The position numbers and the translations under genes were made by a program. A DNA stretch of 64,000 bases, taken from contig RHPI01002048.1 of assembly GCA_009103225.1 (NCBI GenBank), positions 62,001 through 126,000 of the forward strand, written 5' to 3'. Numbering within the stretch: position 1 is the stretch's first letter; each line of letters opens with the position of its first letter. The stretch comes from Chlorokybus atmophyticus (taxonomy: Eukaryota; Plantae; Mesostigma and Chlorokybus algae). Of this stretch, positions 38,777 through 51,446 are shown in pieces. Below the pieces are notes generated by a model. That model did not search any database. It was not told the DNA's origin and saw only the letters and a list, made by a program, of their open reading frames with translations.

Positions 38777-41551
38777 GGGGGGGGGGGGGGGGGGGGGGGG
38801 GGGCTTTGTTTGTAACCCAATTTCACAATTATGTGCAGCTTCAATACACCACCTCCCATGAGATGTTTTTTTTTTAGGAGGGGTGGGGGTGGGTGAAGGG
38901 GGGGTTGCATTCGCATTTTGTAATGCATGCCATTATGCATTAGCGTGACTCTATTCCTTGGGGTCCTGCCCAGCCGTTTTTAATTTAACGTGCCCCTCCC
39001 TTGTTGTTCGCATGTTCATGAAAACGGATGACACTCATAATGGATGTGTCTGTTATTTGGTCGCATATAACATTGCATAACAATTTGGGCCAAAGCGTTC
39101 TTTAACAACCAAATATGACCTTGCTGGAGGCTACAATTTAAAATGTGCAGTCGCAACGATGTTATAGCATTGCTGGTGTTTGAGCAGTGCGACATCCGCC
39201 TCCATGATTAGCAAGTTAGTTAGTTGGTTATTAATGACCTGCAATCAGCAATGCCTTCAACGGTGCCGTCAGCAATGGCGCGCACCTTGGCATAGCTATC
39301 GCCGCTGCTTCTCGCTTCATCATCGCCGCGATTACGCACGGCGTGTGCTTTCCACTGCAATGCCCGCGCCCCTTGCTAGCGAAACAGCATAACGCTTAAT
39401 CGGCACTTGTTGCGAAAGCATTACACTTGTAGTACATTGTGATCTTATGTGCACCCCTCAACCGAACACTACTAAAATAATTTGCGCAAAGACCAAGGAC
39501 CTTGTAACAATCCTTATCCCATGCCCGATACGATACAGAGACCTATTGATGGGTCTGCAACGTCGTCGGTAACGCCAGGCGTGTGCTTGCAGGACTCGTT
39601 GTTGAACTCACTGCGAGCCATGCCACGTGGCGAAAGTATGATGCTTGCGCAGGCTGATATGTGGCCACGCTCACACGCTCGCAAGCCGTGATCATCGGAA
39701 AAATGCATTTGTCTCAGAGTAAATGTCATCAAGTCCATGCAGCGACCACATGTCTACCCTGATCCAACCGTCATCGTAATTCAATATCGAATTGCTCACG
39801 ACTGATCATGTAGCGGAACTTAATGGCACATGTAATACCGACCATCTTATTCAAAGCGTGATGCTGGAGCGGGCCTCAAAAGGCTTTGTCGGTATCCAGC
39901 TCTTATGCCGCGCTGTCGGGAAGCGCTGCACAAGGCGCATACATCGCCACGTGCAGTGACCTACCTGTGATATGTATATCATGAAAAGTGTTGTGTTCAA
40001 TATACATGAGCAGTGCAATAAGGGTGGGATAACGTTGGTGTGACAACATCATGTGCACGCATGTTATGAACGTGCAAGAACGGCTTATATTGCACACCAT
40101 TATGTTCTCGTAAACAACAACTTGCAATGCATACCCGTATACCGTATCGGGGATCTATATGTTCGAGTGCAAAACCTAGAGTGGTACTCACACAACGAAC
40201 AAGCACAACTCACATACACCAACGATACAACACACTTAGCACCAAACCTTTGCGGATGGCGCGACATATGCACCAGCATGCCGGTGTCACGCCATAAACA
40301 CCACATTGCCCAACTCGGACAACGCGATGACTACCTTACCGGATAATGTAGTCGTAGGTCAGGCTGCCACCAGAACATTGGCAACCGCTGTACTGCCAAC
40401 CCATCCTTACACTCTCGTTTGGGCAACGTGCCTAAGCCATGGTGACCTCACTACTGCCCCCGCTAACAATGGAGACGCATGGCACGCTGGGAGAGGACTT
40501 TCAATACGTCCAACACTTGTGCGCCGCGTCATGACAGTGTGAGGAGCGGAGCAGCGGCGCATACCAGGTTTCGTGCGTGTCGGTTGTCAGCATGTGGCCT
40601 GCACCCATGCAGCACGCAGACAATGATAATTGTGGAGCAAGGAGCAGCGGCGATGGGTCGCATTGCCAGGCTGCACACCAATAACCCAAAGCCCCAACCA
40701 CGAAGGCGGATGCAGCACTTGCATAGGTGGATAGCGTGCACAACTGTCCATCTGCGGCTGGCTGCATGATGTGCGATGGTGTGCTTGGTGTGGGCCGTGT
40801 ACAAAAGACGCAGATAGTGCAAGTACGTGCGTAGGAGACAATCGTGCAAATCTGGGTAGCATGCTGCCTGCTAGAAGAATGAGAGACGCTATATATATAT
40901 GATATGGTCTGTGCCATTTGTATGTTGTGGAGAGATGTTATAAACAATGTCGTAGGAGATAAAGACCCGTGCAGGTTGTATAGACACTTGCAATGTAGAG
41001 ATGCAACGCGGATGTAATCACAAAGCGAGATACACATCCATGCCTGTGTCGTGCTTGTGCCATACACCTCATTGCATACTTCATACACATGTCCGAGTGC
41101 CCCTTGACACAATTTGTACACCTGCGTATAAGCTTTTCAGAGATGAAGAGCCTGAGCAAGTTGTGAACTGCCATTTCCTATATGACTGCAGGCAACATAA
41201 GAGACCAATGTGTACGTTGACCATAACGTGCACAACAGCGAGTGTGGGAGAAAGCTTGCATTGGCCAATTGGTGATAAACATGGTGCATGTCCACATGGC
41301 TACCAGTGCTCCAGATGCAATTGCGCCAAGCTATGCAAGAGCTCGCTGGGCAGCTTTCCTTTCCTTGCTGAAGCGAGCGTCATTTTCTTATAAATCGACT
41401 ACTATGGACAGACTACTCTGTGCAAAGGAAATGCTTAACGACACTGATATGTACAAGGGGGAGCAGCTATGCACGCGCGGCTGTGCAGCGACCAGTGCTC
41501 GAGCGAGGCGGGGATGACGGTGGCAGCGAGCATATCAATGCAGGCACGTTG

Positions 41552-42961
41552 TCACGGGTCTGCACCGTTTGCCATGCCATCGTCGCTGTCTGAATAATCG
41601 CCATCACTCATTTCACTGTCGTCTTCTGAGTCCTGCGCGGGCTTCAAGCCAATATCTTCCGGCTTTGCATACTTTGTGCAATACTCTATCACAAGTAGTT
41701 GAGTAAAATCAGTACTGAAGGCCAAAACAGACAACCTTGCTTGCCTTCGCTGCCACACATGACACAAACATGCTTTGTGCTTGTGTTGCATGTTGTGGTA
41801 ATACCTCGTACTTTGCGCGCATACAGTTCTGGCTCACGCATGAGCAGAGCCGCGGCTTCGCCGTTCAACGGGTCTGTCGGATTGGGGTAGAGCAGCAGCT
41901 GGGGCAGGAAGACCTCGAACACGTTTATCAGGTCTGCAATGATTGTTGGTTGGATGCCAGATACACAACACCGACACATTGAATTGTAGAGTGTACTGCG
42001 TCAATAATACAAGCCGCATACCAAACATGGGACTCCACGTCTGGTTGATGACATCCAAGCAAACGGATCCCGCCCTGCAAGAAAGACAGTGAGCTCAGCA
42101 ACAGCCAGAGCGGTTGGCAAATGGCGTGTGCGTGCGCACATTACACGCATTGGCGCAACTGCGCGGCACTCACATCTCATCCACATTCGGGTGGAATATG
42201 CGGTTAACAAATCCAATTGAGGGCGACTTGTACGGATATGCTTCCGGGAGCTCTACGTGAACTTTCCATGCGCCTCCTTCATAAGGACCTGACACCACAA
42301 AGCAGTAGCAGTTAGACCATCACAGGCCTACCTCATAGAAATGGGCCATGACAAAGGGCTGATTTGCATGCTCACTGTCTTGAGGCCCGCGAAACTCGAC
42401 ATAAAACTCGCTCATGCCATCGTTAACCATCTCCACCTTGTAATCGCTCATCATCCTGCGCAGATGCGGGAGAAAGCATGAACAAAGCGGTTTGCATGAG
42501 AGCGTCCTATACAGCTGACGATGTAGCATGCCGGCAACGGCAGCATTGTAATCGGTCTTGACAGAGAAAACCCTTAGAACGCGTGTTGTGGATGACGGAG
42601 TCACCACATCACTAACTTGAGCACATCATGCAGGTGTTGGACACCCTTAGCGCCAAACCCTGTTGTAACAAAACCAACTCGCTGAAGGCACAGTTGAAAA
42701 TAGATTGCAGCTTACTAACACTGGCATGCTGGACGGCACTTGTTACGTTTCACTGTGACTGCTTCGCACGCACAATGAAGCGCAACAAAAGCCTCCAGTG
42801 GTTGAAAGGACTGGCTTGACACTGCAAACTGGCAACAATCTATTGCTGCTCGCATTCAGCGACATACGTACAAAGAGAACGGGCACACCACAGAGAGGCA
42901 CGCAATTGCTGGCTTACAACTTCATGACGTCCATCTCTCTACGCTTGCTTGGCGACGACAT
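41552..42961 (-). CDS. Ubiquitin-conjugating enzyme E2, plant UBC4/5/6 / UBE2H (Ubc8) group; exons 42961-42918, 42455-42376, 42288-42174, 42074-42022, 41933-41805, 41685-41552
   Basis: [130 protein letters not shown] plus an acidic tail. Confidence 0.97.
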
Positions 42962-43062
42962 GCTGCTGGTGCAGGAGAGAGGCAGGGACAAACCCTGCTT
43001 GCTGCTGTACGCTCCGCTATTGATAGACAGCAGCTAGCTCTCAGCTTCTACTGCTACAGACG

Positions 43063-43087
43063 AACCCTAACCCAAAGGCTAACCCTG
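43063..43087 (+). promoter_or_regulatory. Two telo-box-like motifs in the 5' region of the E2 gene
   Basis: AACCCTAA (43063-43070) and CTAAACCCT (43079-43087). Confidence 0.45.
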
Positions 43088-44479
43088 GCAGGGTTGATTG
43101 GCCCCTTCACTGGAGGCGGAAGGGCCGGGCCATGTGTGAGTGGCGGCCTACCCAGCTGAACCACGCTGTACCGCTGACGCTGCGCCGAAGCACCTGCAAC
43201 TGAGACTGCAAGCCAGCACAGAACAATGGACCACGCCAAAGAGGCGGCGGCGACGGGAGGACACGTGTACTGCAGATGCGGGTGGGAATGGCCGTCATAA
43301 AGGGCAGAGGTGGAGTAACGCAGTGGGTGTCATCTGGGCTTTGCGGGAGAAAGAGTGACTGAGATACGATCCGTGCCCCCTAAATTCGCGGCAATGGTTC
43401 GCAGCTGAGCTGACGCGGAGCGGACGGCAGGGGGACGGCTGCCGTCCGCTGCTCTGAAGCGTAACCTGATAACCCGATGAGGCTGGGGCGTGCTGACGCG
43501 AGCGGCACCACTGGCTGATGTCATGCACGACGGACGTGGTTTGCTACGAGGCTTGCTGCGAAGTTGTTTAGGTGGCGTGTATGAGATGTGCAATGCAACG
43601 ATGTGCTTCTTGTATAGGCTTTTCGATAGTATCAATGCAAGTGACATGTACACACGCGCGCACACAGAGTGAAGGACATAACTCAGCAGGAGAAATATGA
43701 GACTGCATGATAATGTTATGCCAAGCGCACAACAAAACACCCACAGCACAACGTTACTCTTAAAATATCATCACTTTTGTATCTGGCCTACAGGGGCTCC
43801 ACTCTACTCCACGTGAATGCAAGTGCGTGGGTAGGGCAGGACATGGCAAGCAGAGGGGAGCAGCGGGCTTGACCTGCAGCAGAGCAGAGCAATGAGCTGG
43901 CGTGGTGGGCTTGATGGTTAGGCGTGCATGCAGTGCTTGTGGTTATTGAAACTAGCAATAGGGGTCCTATAGCAACAGACACTACCATTGCCAATTAACC
44001 ATTAGTCGGTCACAATTGGTGGTTGAAGCAATACGACAGTGCAAACTTCATATCGCGTTGGGAAATGCATCATTGGCAAGAATGCTACGCTTATATATGT
44101 GTGGTGTGTGTCAGTAAAATAGCCATACAAGTACAAAGTCAAGCAATAGGCGTGCCATAACCCTAACCACATCATTTGCATGATATACCGAACGAAGTTG
44201 CCATGAGCAACTTGTTAAGTGGGATTGGCGGTTCGAACCCTACTTTATTTATCAGCTTTATTCTCGTTGCGGCCATTGCAACTACCATTGCGGTGGTGGG
44301 CACGCAAAAGTCACTAAAAAAGGAGCGCAAACTTTGCGCTTTAAGTCCGACATGCCAAACTTTCAAGATCTCAAAGATGAAGTGCTGAAAGAGTATCCGT
44401 CGCAATATGTTTTCCCTGCCGGCCGACTAAATATTGGCAATGGCCGTGCACCTGAGGACGCTAATTTAGACTGTCGTGG

Positions 44480-44796
44480 CTCAGGCCACCTGTAATCTTG
44501 ATACAGGGACCTAATAGTAACTTTCGTTACTGTAAGGCCCTTTTTGTTACAATTTAGTTTTTAACAGTTGACTTTGCCTAACTAACAGGCGCCTGTTAGT
44601 TACCTATCAGGCTTTATCAGGTGACTTTATAGAATAAACAGGCACCTGTTAGTCACACACCAGGCCTTAACAAATGACTTTCTGTAATTTACAGGCAACT
44701 GTTAGTTACACATCAGGCCTTGTTAGGTGACTACGATTAATCAACGGGCACCTGTAAGTTACACATCAGTCTTACCTAGGTGACTCAGCCTATGTG
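44480..44796. repeat. 53-bp minisatellite array (4 clear units plus 2 degenerate 5' units)
   Basis: Units start at 44585, 44638, 44691 and 44744 (exact 53-bp period). Consensus ACAGGCACCTGTTAGTTACACATCAGGCCTT-N4-AGGTGACT-N11. Confidence 0.9.
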
Positions 44797-47700
44797 ACAC
44801 CCTCCTTGAGTCAACACCCTCGTAAATGATCAAAACAACAATGCAATAATTACCGCCCGTTAATGTAACAATGCGTGAGCAAAAGCGCTTGTTGCAGCTT
44901 TAGTATGTCAGTATTAACTTAATAATTGAGTATTACTATAATACTTGCAAGATTGTAGCAAAACAGAGGTGACCGGCTGTTTATCACCAATTACGTTTTT
45001 TTAAAAAGGTTACAAAGCCAGCTAGCCAGAGTTACTGATGGCTGAAGAGGATCAATCCTCAATCCTTGTTTAACAAGTTAGTATAAGTTAGTACAGCCGC
45101 GGCGCAGGAAAATGAAAGAGTTCATAGGCGGCGCTGCAAGCAACGGCGCTAAGGTAAGTTGCATGTGCCATATGCAACTCTCAACTCTTGCGATGAGTAC
45201 GAGTGACAACTCTTGCCGAGAGTTGGAAGTTGGGAGTATCCAAAAGTGAGTGCAAGAGAAGTAGAATGTAAAAGCATATAAGAATTGCTGATGTTTAAGA
45301 TTTCCTTAAGCTTCTTATTTTGCTAGCCGATAATTGTACTATGATTGTTATTGCTTTGATGCAACTTAGGTAACATGTTATGATGAATGTACTCGACTTA
45401 ATGTTAATGCTCTCAGGAGAGCATTCCTTATGAGGTGTGCATTTATGGAAAAACACGCGTTGAGCTGATTGGCACATAAGTATGGCGGGCAATCCATTTA
45501 GCTACTCCTCATGCAGCTGCGCAACGTGCTATAGTGTTTTCACTCGACTTGAGTGAAATCATTTGGTGCTCGGAGCACCATATTTAATTGGACAATATGT
45601 GCGCAATGAATTTGGCACGTTTTGGTTGGCGTGTATTAATGTTATTGCAAGTTCAGTAGCCATAAAATGTTTAATATATATCATGTGTTATCTCATATGT
45701 ATAATTGCCCACTGGGTCATGCTGTGCTGCACTTTTAAAATGACTATGACATAATAATGAAATCATCGTGAAAGTGCTACATCATTAACATTATCAACAA
45801 ACATCAACATTACCAACTAATATCAACATTGCTTTTCTCGTGTTGGCCTTCAAGTCATGGTTTTGCTCATATATGGCACGAGTATGAGTCAATACTGCAC
45901 AGTTTGCAACTCGCAGAGAAAAGAAGTACAATATTCAATAATATGTTTGCAACATATATTACGATTCTTGATACATCCATTATTTTTGTATTAATAATGG
46001 TATAGCAACCATCCTAGTGCTACTTCGCGCTGGCTGGTGTAACGACGCTAGTTTTAAGTGGTTATGCATTTCTAATTAATGAACCAATGGGTTGATTGAT
46101 GGTGGTTATCTTGTTAATGATTATTGTGGAGCTATGTTCACGTGTGCATGTGTACATAATAGGGACTTGCAACCGCGATTAGCTCACGTGACACCATATG
46201 CAAAGAATTCACGGATGATGACGGAATCGTTTTAGCCAATAAATAACTCGAATAGCGAGGACAGCCCTGCTACCACTACCCCATGATGCGACATGGTGCC
46301 TAAGCAATCATTGTTGTAAGACGGTAAAACCTACGCACTGAATATGAGATAAGAACTTAGATGGATGAACATTTGGTAATCACTTGTACCAAGTATTGCT
46401 GCCGGGATTTACTCGTAGCGTGGGACTGTACTCGGACGTGTATTGCTATGAGAATCATTAAGGGTCATTATGATCATCATGATGTACCGCGAATAGTATG
46501 AACTCAAGACAGTACTATCGCGACGTTGAATATGCTTCGAGCGTTGCAGTGGGCAATAACTTGTTCATGATATCGCGAGAAGCAGCAGCTTGCATTTGCA
46601 AACCCACGATCATGTAATCAACTCCTTGGTTGAATTATCACTAGGCTTTGACGGGCTCGTGAAGTCGCTCGGATATGACGATTGCCGCATGAAAAGCTAC
46701 TAGAGATCAGGGTAAGCAAGGCTTGTGAAGGACAAAGTTAGAATTGGAGACCTTCTATGGACGCGGCTAATCCTTTCGCTAATTTGTACAAAAACAGTAC
46801 TTGGCGTGAGTTGTTGGTTCTCATCGTGTGTGGATGCTGTAGCCTCAACACTTTGGAGCAACCTTCTGCGTGCCAATCATGTAATTGAAAAATCTATGCG
46901 GTGAGGTAGGTGCTCCGTCCGCAAAGATACAGCAAATTAGGCTAAAGCCTAAGATGGGACTCGAATGGTAGTGACAAGCATAAACGAAATCACTACTTAA
47001 GTTCCGAGGTTTTAAGGGATCCGATACCTCTTGCGGTGTGTGTATGAAGCCTCGGTAGGAGGTTAGCGTACGACGGGTCTATTAGGTCAGAACCGAACAA
47101 ACCGTAGCACCTAGTTTATTCGAAGGAGGATACCCCTAAGACTCTAGACGGGGAGGATTAAGCAAAGTCGCTGTTATCTTAAGTTTCCCCGTCCATCGAA
47201 CCGTGGTAAAAATCTCTGAGGCATTTGCTAGCTTTTTAAAAGCGCAAGCACTAAACTAGCGCGCTTCCCATGTCCACAGTAGGAATTAGCGATTTTTGCG
47301 GATTTGTGGAGACACAGATATAAGCAAAAAAAGTCAGATTCCTCTAAGCGAGGTTGGGGGAGATAATTGGAACTTGAGTAGTAGGGTTCTTCATCTTCCT
47401 TGCCGTTCGCACTGTTGTGTGGTGAAGCGCCTTCCCGCACTTAGAAAATTTAAGGGCGTAAGCCCTGCTTAAAATCAAGATTCATAGTTCATGAAACTTG
47501 AGTGAACTATTGTGAACCTAGTGAATCAATGGTTGAGTTGGTCGGTGAAGTATTTGTCGAAGTTGCGAAGTTGTAAATTTCGAGAATCGCCAAGTGTGAC
47601 TCTTAGCAATTCTCGAAGTGAATTGTGCTAAGTCCGTGTAGACAATTACGGTCGAATTCACTGAGTGAAGCGCTTGGTAATCAAGAAAAACGGCCTCCGT

Positions 47701-48561
47701 TACATTGGACTCGGAGCTTGGTTTAATTTATAAGAACAAACACTCCTTCACGCTTCCACAGATACGGAATCATGCCCAAGCCGACGGCACCCCCGACCTT
47801 GAGCTCGAGGGAGGGGTTGATGAGATTCAACCGAAGACTGAACAGAGGATATGTTTGAAAAGGGGATACCTTGACTGATTTGGCAATAGACTGACGGCTG
47901 CAATCACTCGAAAATTCATTGAATCGTTTCATATCTAGTAAAACGTCTTCAACGAGCGAAGTCGTCTTCGGAAAATGTGGTTCCCCGCCCGATGATAATA
48001 TGACAAAGCAACCCCAACCAACGGCTTAGGCAGACACTTTGGAGGAGTCTTCCGAAACAAAGTCCGATAGTAGGGGCGAAGCGCCTATCCCACCGATGGC
48101 GTTGGTTGATGGACCCGGCGAGTCCTCTCGAGCGCTGAGAACCTTGGCCATGACAGATACCAAAAAGGGCCAGCTCACAAACGTGGAGTTAATCTCCTTA
48201 CTTGCGAGTTCTAGTCTGCTGGATGTGAACAACCAAGCGTTGTTCAATCTGCTCATGAAGAGTCAGGAAAGCGGTTTCGCGCCTAGTTTGATGGGTTTTC
48301 TAGCGGCCAAACAGGAGAGTGATGAGATGGTGTTATCACTCGGAATTCAGCTCTAAGATGTGTCTCAAGCACATGAGTTCTTGGAGAAAAAGGTAAAGAC
48401 CACACGAAGGAGTGATGGCGGGCTGAGCCGGCTAATGAACACTCCCACATTCCGGTTTAAACCTCCCAAACATGCAATTGAGACCACACCGCCTGACGTC
48501 AAAGGACCATGAATGGTTTGTGCCTTGAGACCAGGATTTTCCCCTGCTCAGTGAGATTGGT

Positions 48562-48843
48562 GGACCATATCTGGTCCGGCTGTCATTGAAAGTCGGACCA
48601 TGCATGCTCTTAAGTTCACGTGAACGGTTCCATATGTTTTTGGGGTCTCACCATGTATGGTGCGCGATTCCACCGAGTTGTATGGACCATGTGTGGTCCA
48701 AATTAATCATGTAAACATGGAAGGTCCATGCATGTGTAATCACGTGTGGACCATGTATGGTGCAAATTCTACATGTAATTGTGGACCAAGGTTGGTCCAT
48801 GCATGTGAGTGAATATGCACACGGACCCGACCAGATCTGGTCC
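48562..48843. repeat. Cluster of spaced palindromes GGACCA-N4-TGGTCC
   Basis: Copies at 48562, 48684, 48748 (1 mismatch), 48783 and 48828 (1 mismatch), partly within a diverged ~64-bp duplication. Confidence 0.8.
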
Positions 48844-51446
48844 GCAGATCATTACACATGTGCAAGAAGACCGTAGACAGGAATGCATATATCAATATCA
48901 GATACAATCAGCTAAAGTAAACACAATGCTCTACGCCTATCAAGGCTATCTACATTGCAACCTCATCCTCCAAACTCCAAGCTTGTGTCATCATTTGACT
49001 TGCTGGGCCTGCGCACATGTTGGTGTTACAGTGCAGGACTCTATGCATGTGTGCGCGTGCGTGCGTGCGCACGCGCATGCGTCTGCAGAGCTGTGCATTG
49101 GTGTGCAACTGTACATGCATGCGCGTTCGTGTGCGCATGCATGCGTGCGTCTGCAGACCTGTGCATGGAGTAAGTCCGAGGTGACAGGGCCTAGTAGAGA
49201 GTGCAGTCCTCCCGCCACTATGTAAAGCTTCCGCACATTCGCACATAGTAGCTGACACATATGCACACTAAGAAACACACACAGACAATACACAAGTACC
49301 TGCCACAGCATGACGGCCACCCCTCACGCCATAAGAAGTTTTGAAGGCTACACCATGGCTCAGCGGCTTGGCGCAGGGCCTGCACGCACGTTTACATGCG
49401 TTATTGTGCGCCGCACACAATGACAGTCGGACTGATAATGCAAGTGTATGCGTGTGCGTGCGCAAGGGTGCTTTATGGTACCTTGTGGTGCGTACCTCAC
49501 AGGCAGCTGTCACATGCTAAAGGTACCCAGTCTTTCTTCTTCCCTTGCCCAAGTGCTGCTACACCTTGAGCTAGTGGGCAGGGCCTGCATGTGTGCGTGT
49601 GAATGCACATGCGCTTATGTGAGCATGCGCGTGCCTTTGTGTTTCTGTGTGTTATGAGCTTGTCACAGTGCATGCGTACACGCTTGCGTGTAACCTGAGC
49701 ACGCTTGAGCTTGGGACAACTGTCAGTTACTTATCTGAGCAAGCATGTGCGCGACTGTCAGCAGCCAACAGTCCTCGTTTTGACAGCCCTCGGCGGCCAA
49801 GGGCTGTCAAAAGAACAGCACAGGGCTGTTGCAAGGACAGCCCTTCCCACAGCCCTCAGCTGGTGGAAGGACTGTCCTTCCAACAGCCCGTCAACCTCGA
49901 CGGCCCTCGACTGTCAAGGACAGCCAAGGGCTGTCAAGGACGCGCGTGTTGTGGTTGTTGGTGGTCATGTGCACAGTACTCCATGCTAGGCACTCCCACA
50001 ACACACTCACGCACTCTGACGCGCAGACGCGCACAAGTACCCTACGCATACACACACACACACGCACCTGTTGATGTTGCTGTGACCGACAGTCCAGCAA
50101 AGGGAGACCACACACTAGTGCGCGTTAATGTGCCCTTCAACAGCAGCCCGGCTGTCCTTGAAGGGCAGAAGCGCCACGCGTGGATGCAGAGTGTATATTG
50201 CAGCGCCTGCACGTGCTTGCAAGTGTGTGCCACTGTCAAAATGAGTGCATGCACGTGCGTGTGTGCCTGAATTGCGTGTACATGTGCGTGCACGCCTTGC
50301 ATAGCCCCACTGTGGCTGGTGCAGAGCCTGCGCCCGTGTGTACCGTATCATAGTGACTACATAGAATTTCAGCAACTGCTGACATGCATAGGCTTTCCAA
50401 CAATGCATGTGTACGCACCGGCGCACGCGAGCATGTCAACAGAGGCTAGGTGTGTTCTATTGCAGCGCATACATGCGCAAATGTCAGACAAAGGGCAGGG
50501 CAGACCTGTGCGCGCACCTTGCTGGATGGTTGATGCACGACATCCTCGGACTGTTAATTCTTAACAGGTCGAGAGACACCTGGCATGGCTCTCGACCAAC
50601 AGTCCCGGACTGCTGGTCGAGAGCTGCATTGCAAGTGAGCTGTCGAGGAAGGGCCTGATGAAGGCTTTAATCGCGATGTTCTCATACAAATATAACTTCA
50701 ACAAATGTATGAGAGAATGTACACATGTGTAGTGACAAGGCTATCAATCATGTGATGTGATGCATAAAACAATGCATGAAGACCTGCAAAGGTAACAGAT
50801 CGCAACTCTGCTCCTCATGCCACGCTTTTTGAGTTCACGGAAGTACTCTCACCTCGTCAAGTGAAATTTGTGTCAAGATTTGTGTCTACTTGCTACGCGC
50901 CAACTATCCACAATGACTATAGCACAATTTGATTGAGCACATATAGCCGCATTGAAATGCATTCGACAATTGAAACATGGTTGCAACCGATGGTTTTCAG
51001 CTATATTTGTTTGGATCCAAACCTTTACAATCGAGTTGTCACAGAATGACTGCAAGGTTTTCAGACTATCTATGCTGCAAGATCCTTGTATACTCATGGG
51101 AAATGATAGCTGGATGACCATTACAATTCGTATGTTGCAAAAAATCTCGCATCAACTATCACCAGCGAATATCACGGTGCAAGTACACTGCAGTGTATGA
51201 AATACTCGCAAGTGGGTGTGTCGAGCAAGGCACAAGTCCGCATGCATAATAACGCAGGCTGGATGGGCGCAACAATGCCCTTCATACAAGTACATGGTAT
51301 CTACCATGATTGCCAGCTAGCCTTATGCGCCAACACCCAGTCTCATGCACACAAGAGGCAAGCCAAACACATGCACGGTGCATACCTGAAGCAACCAGTC
51401 CAACAAGCAGTCCATGCCCTCAGTGCAGAGTTCTGCTTGCTAGTTC

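Noticed and set aside
40900-41130. Kinase-like glycine loop in minus-strand YKLCQGALGHVYEV
   Set aside because: No downstream VAIK, HRD or DFG motifs.
38900-41500. Gene-free 2.6-kb stretch between the ALPH and E2 genes
   Set aside because: Only short ORFs, with no recognisable TE domain or termini. It may be decayed repeat DNA, but I cannot support a call.
44200-44245. tRNA or SINE suggested by GGTTCGAACCC (B-box-like)
   Set aside because: No A-box, D-arm or acceptor stem could be built.
44585-44796. CRISPR-like look of the 53-bp array
   Set aside because: The variable parts are only about 11 nt, the repeats are degenerate, there are no cas genes and the context is eukaryotic. It is a minisatellite.
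44472-44799. Solo LTR (TGTC…GACA)
   Set aside because: The flanks TAGAC and CCCTC give no target-site duplication, and there is no convincing PBS or PPT.
46200-46900. Long frame with stops that could be C>T-decayed Gln/Arg codons
   Set aside because: About 12 stops in about 225 codons is what random sequence gives, so there is no evidence of a former ORF.
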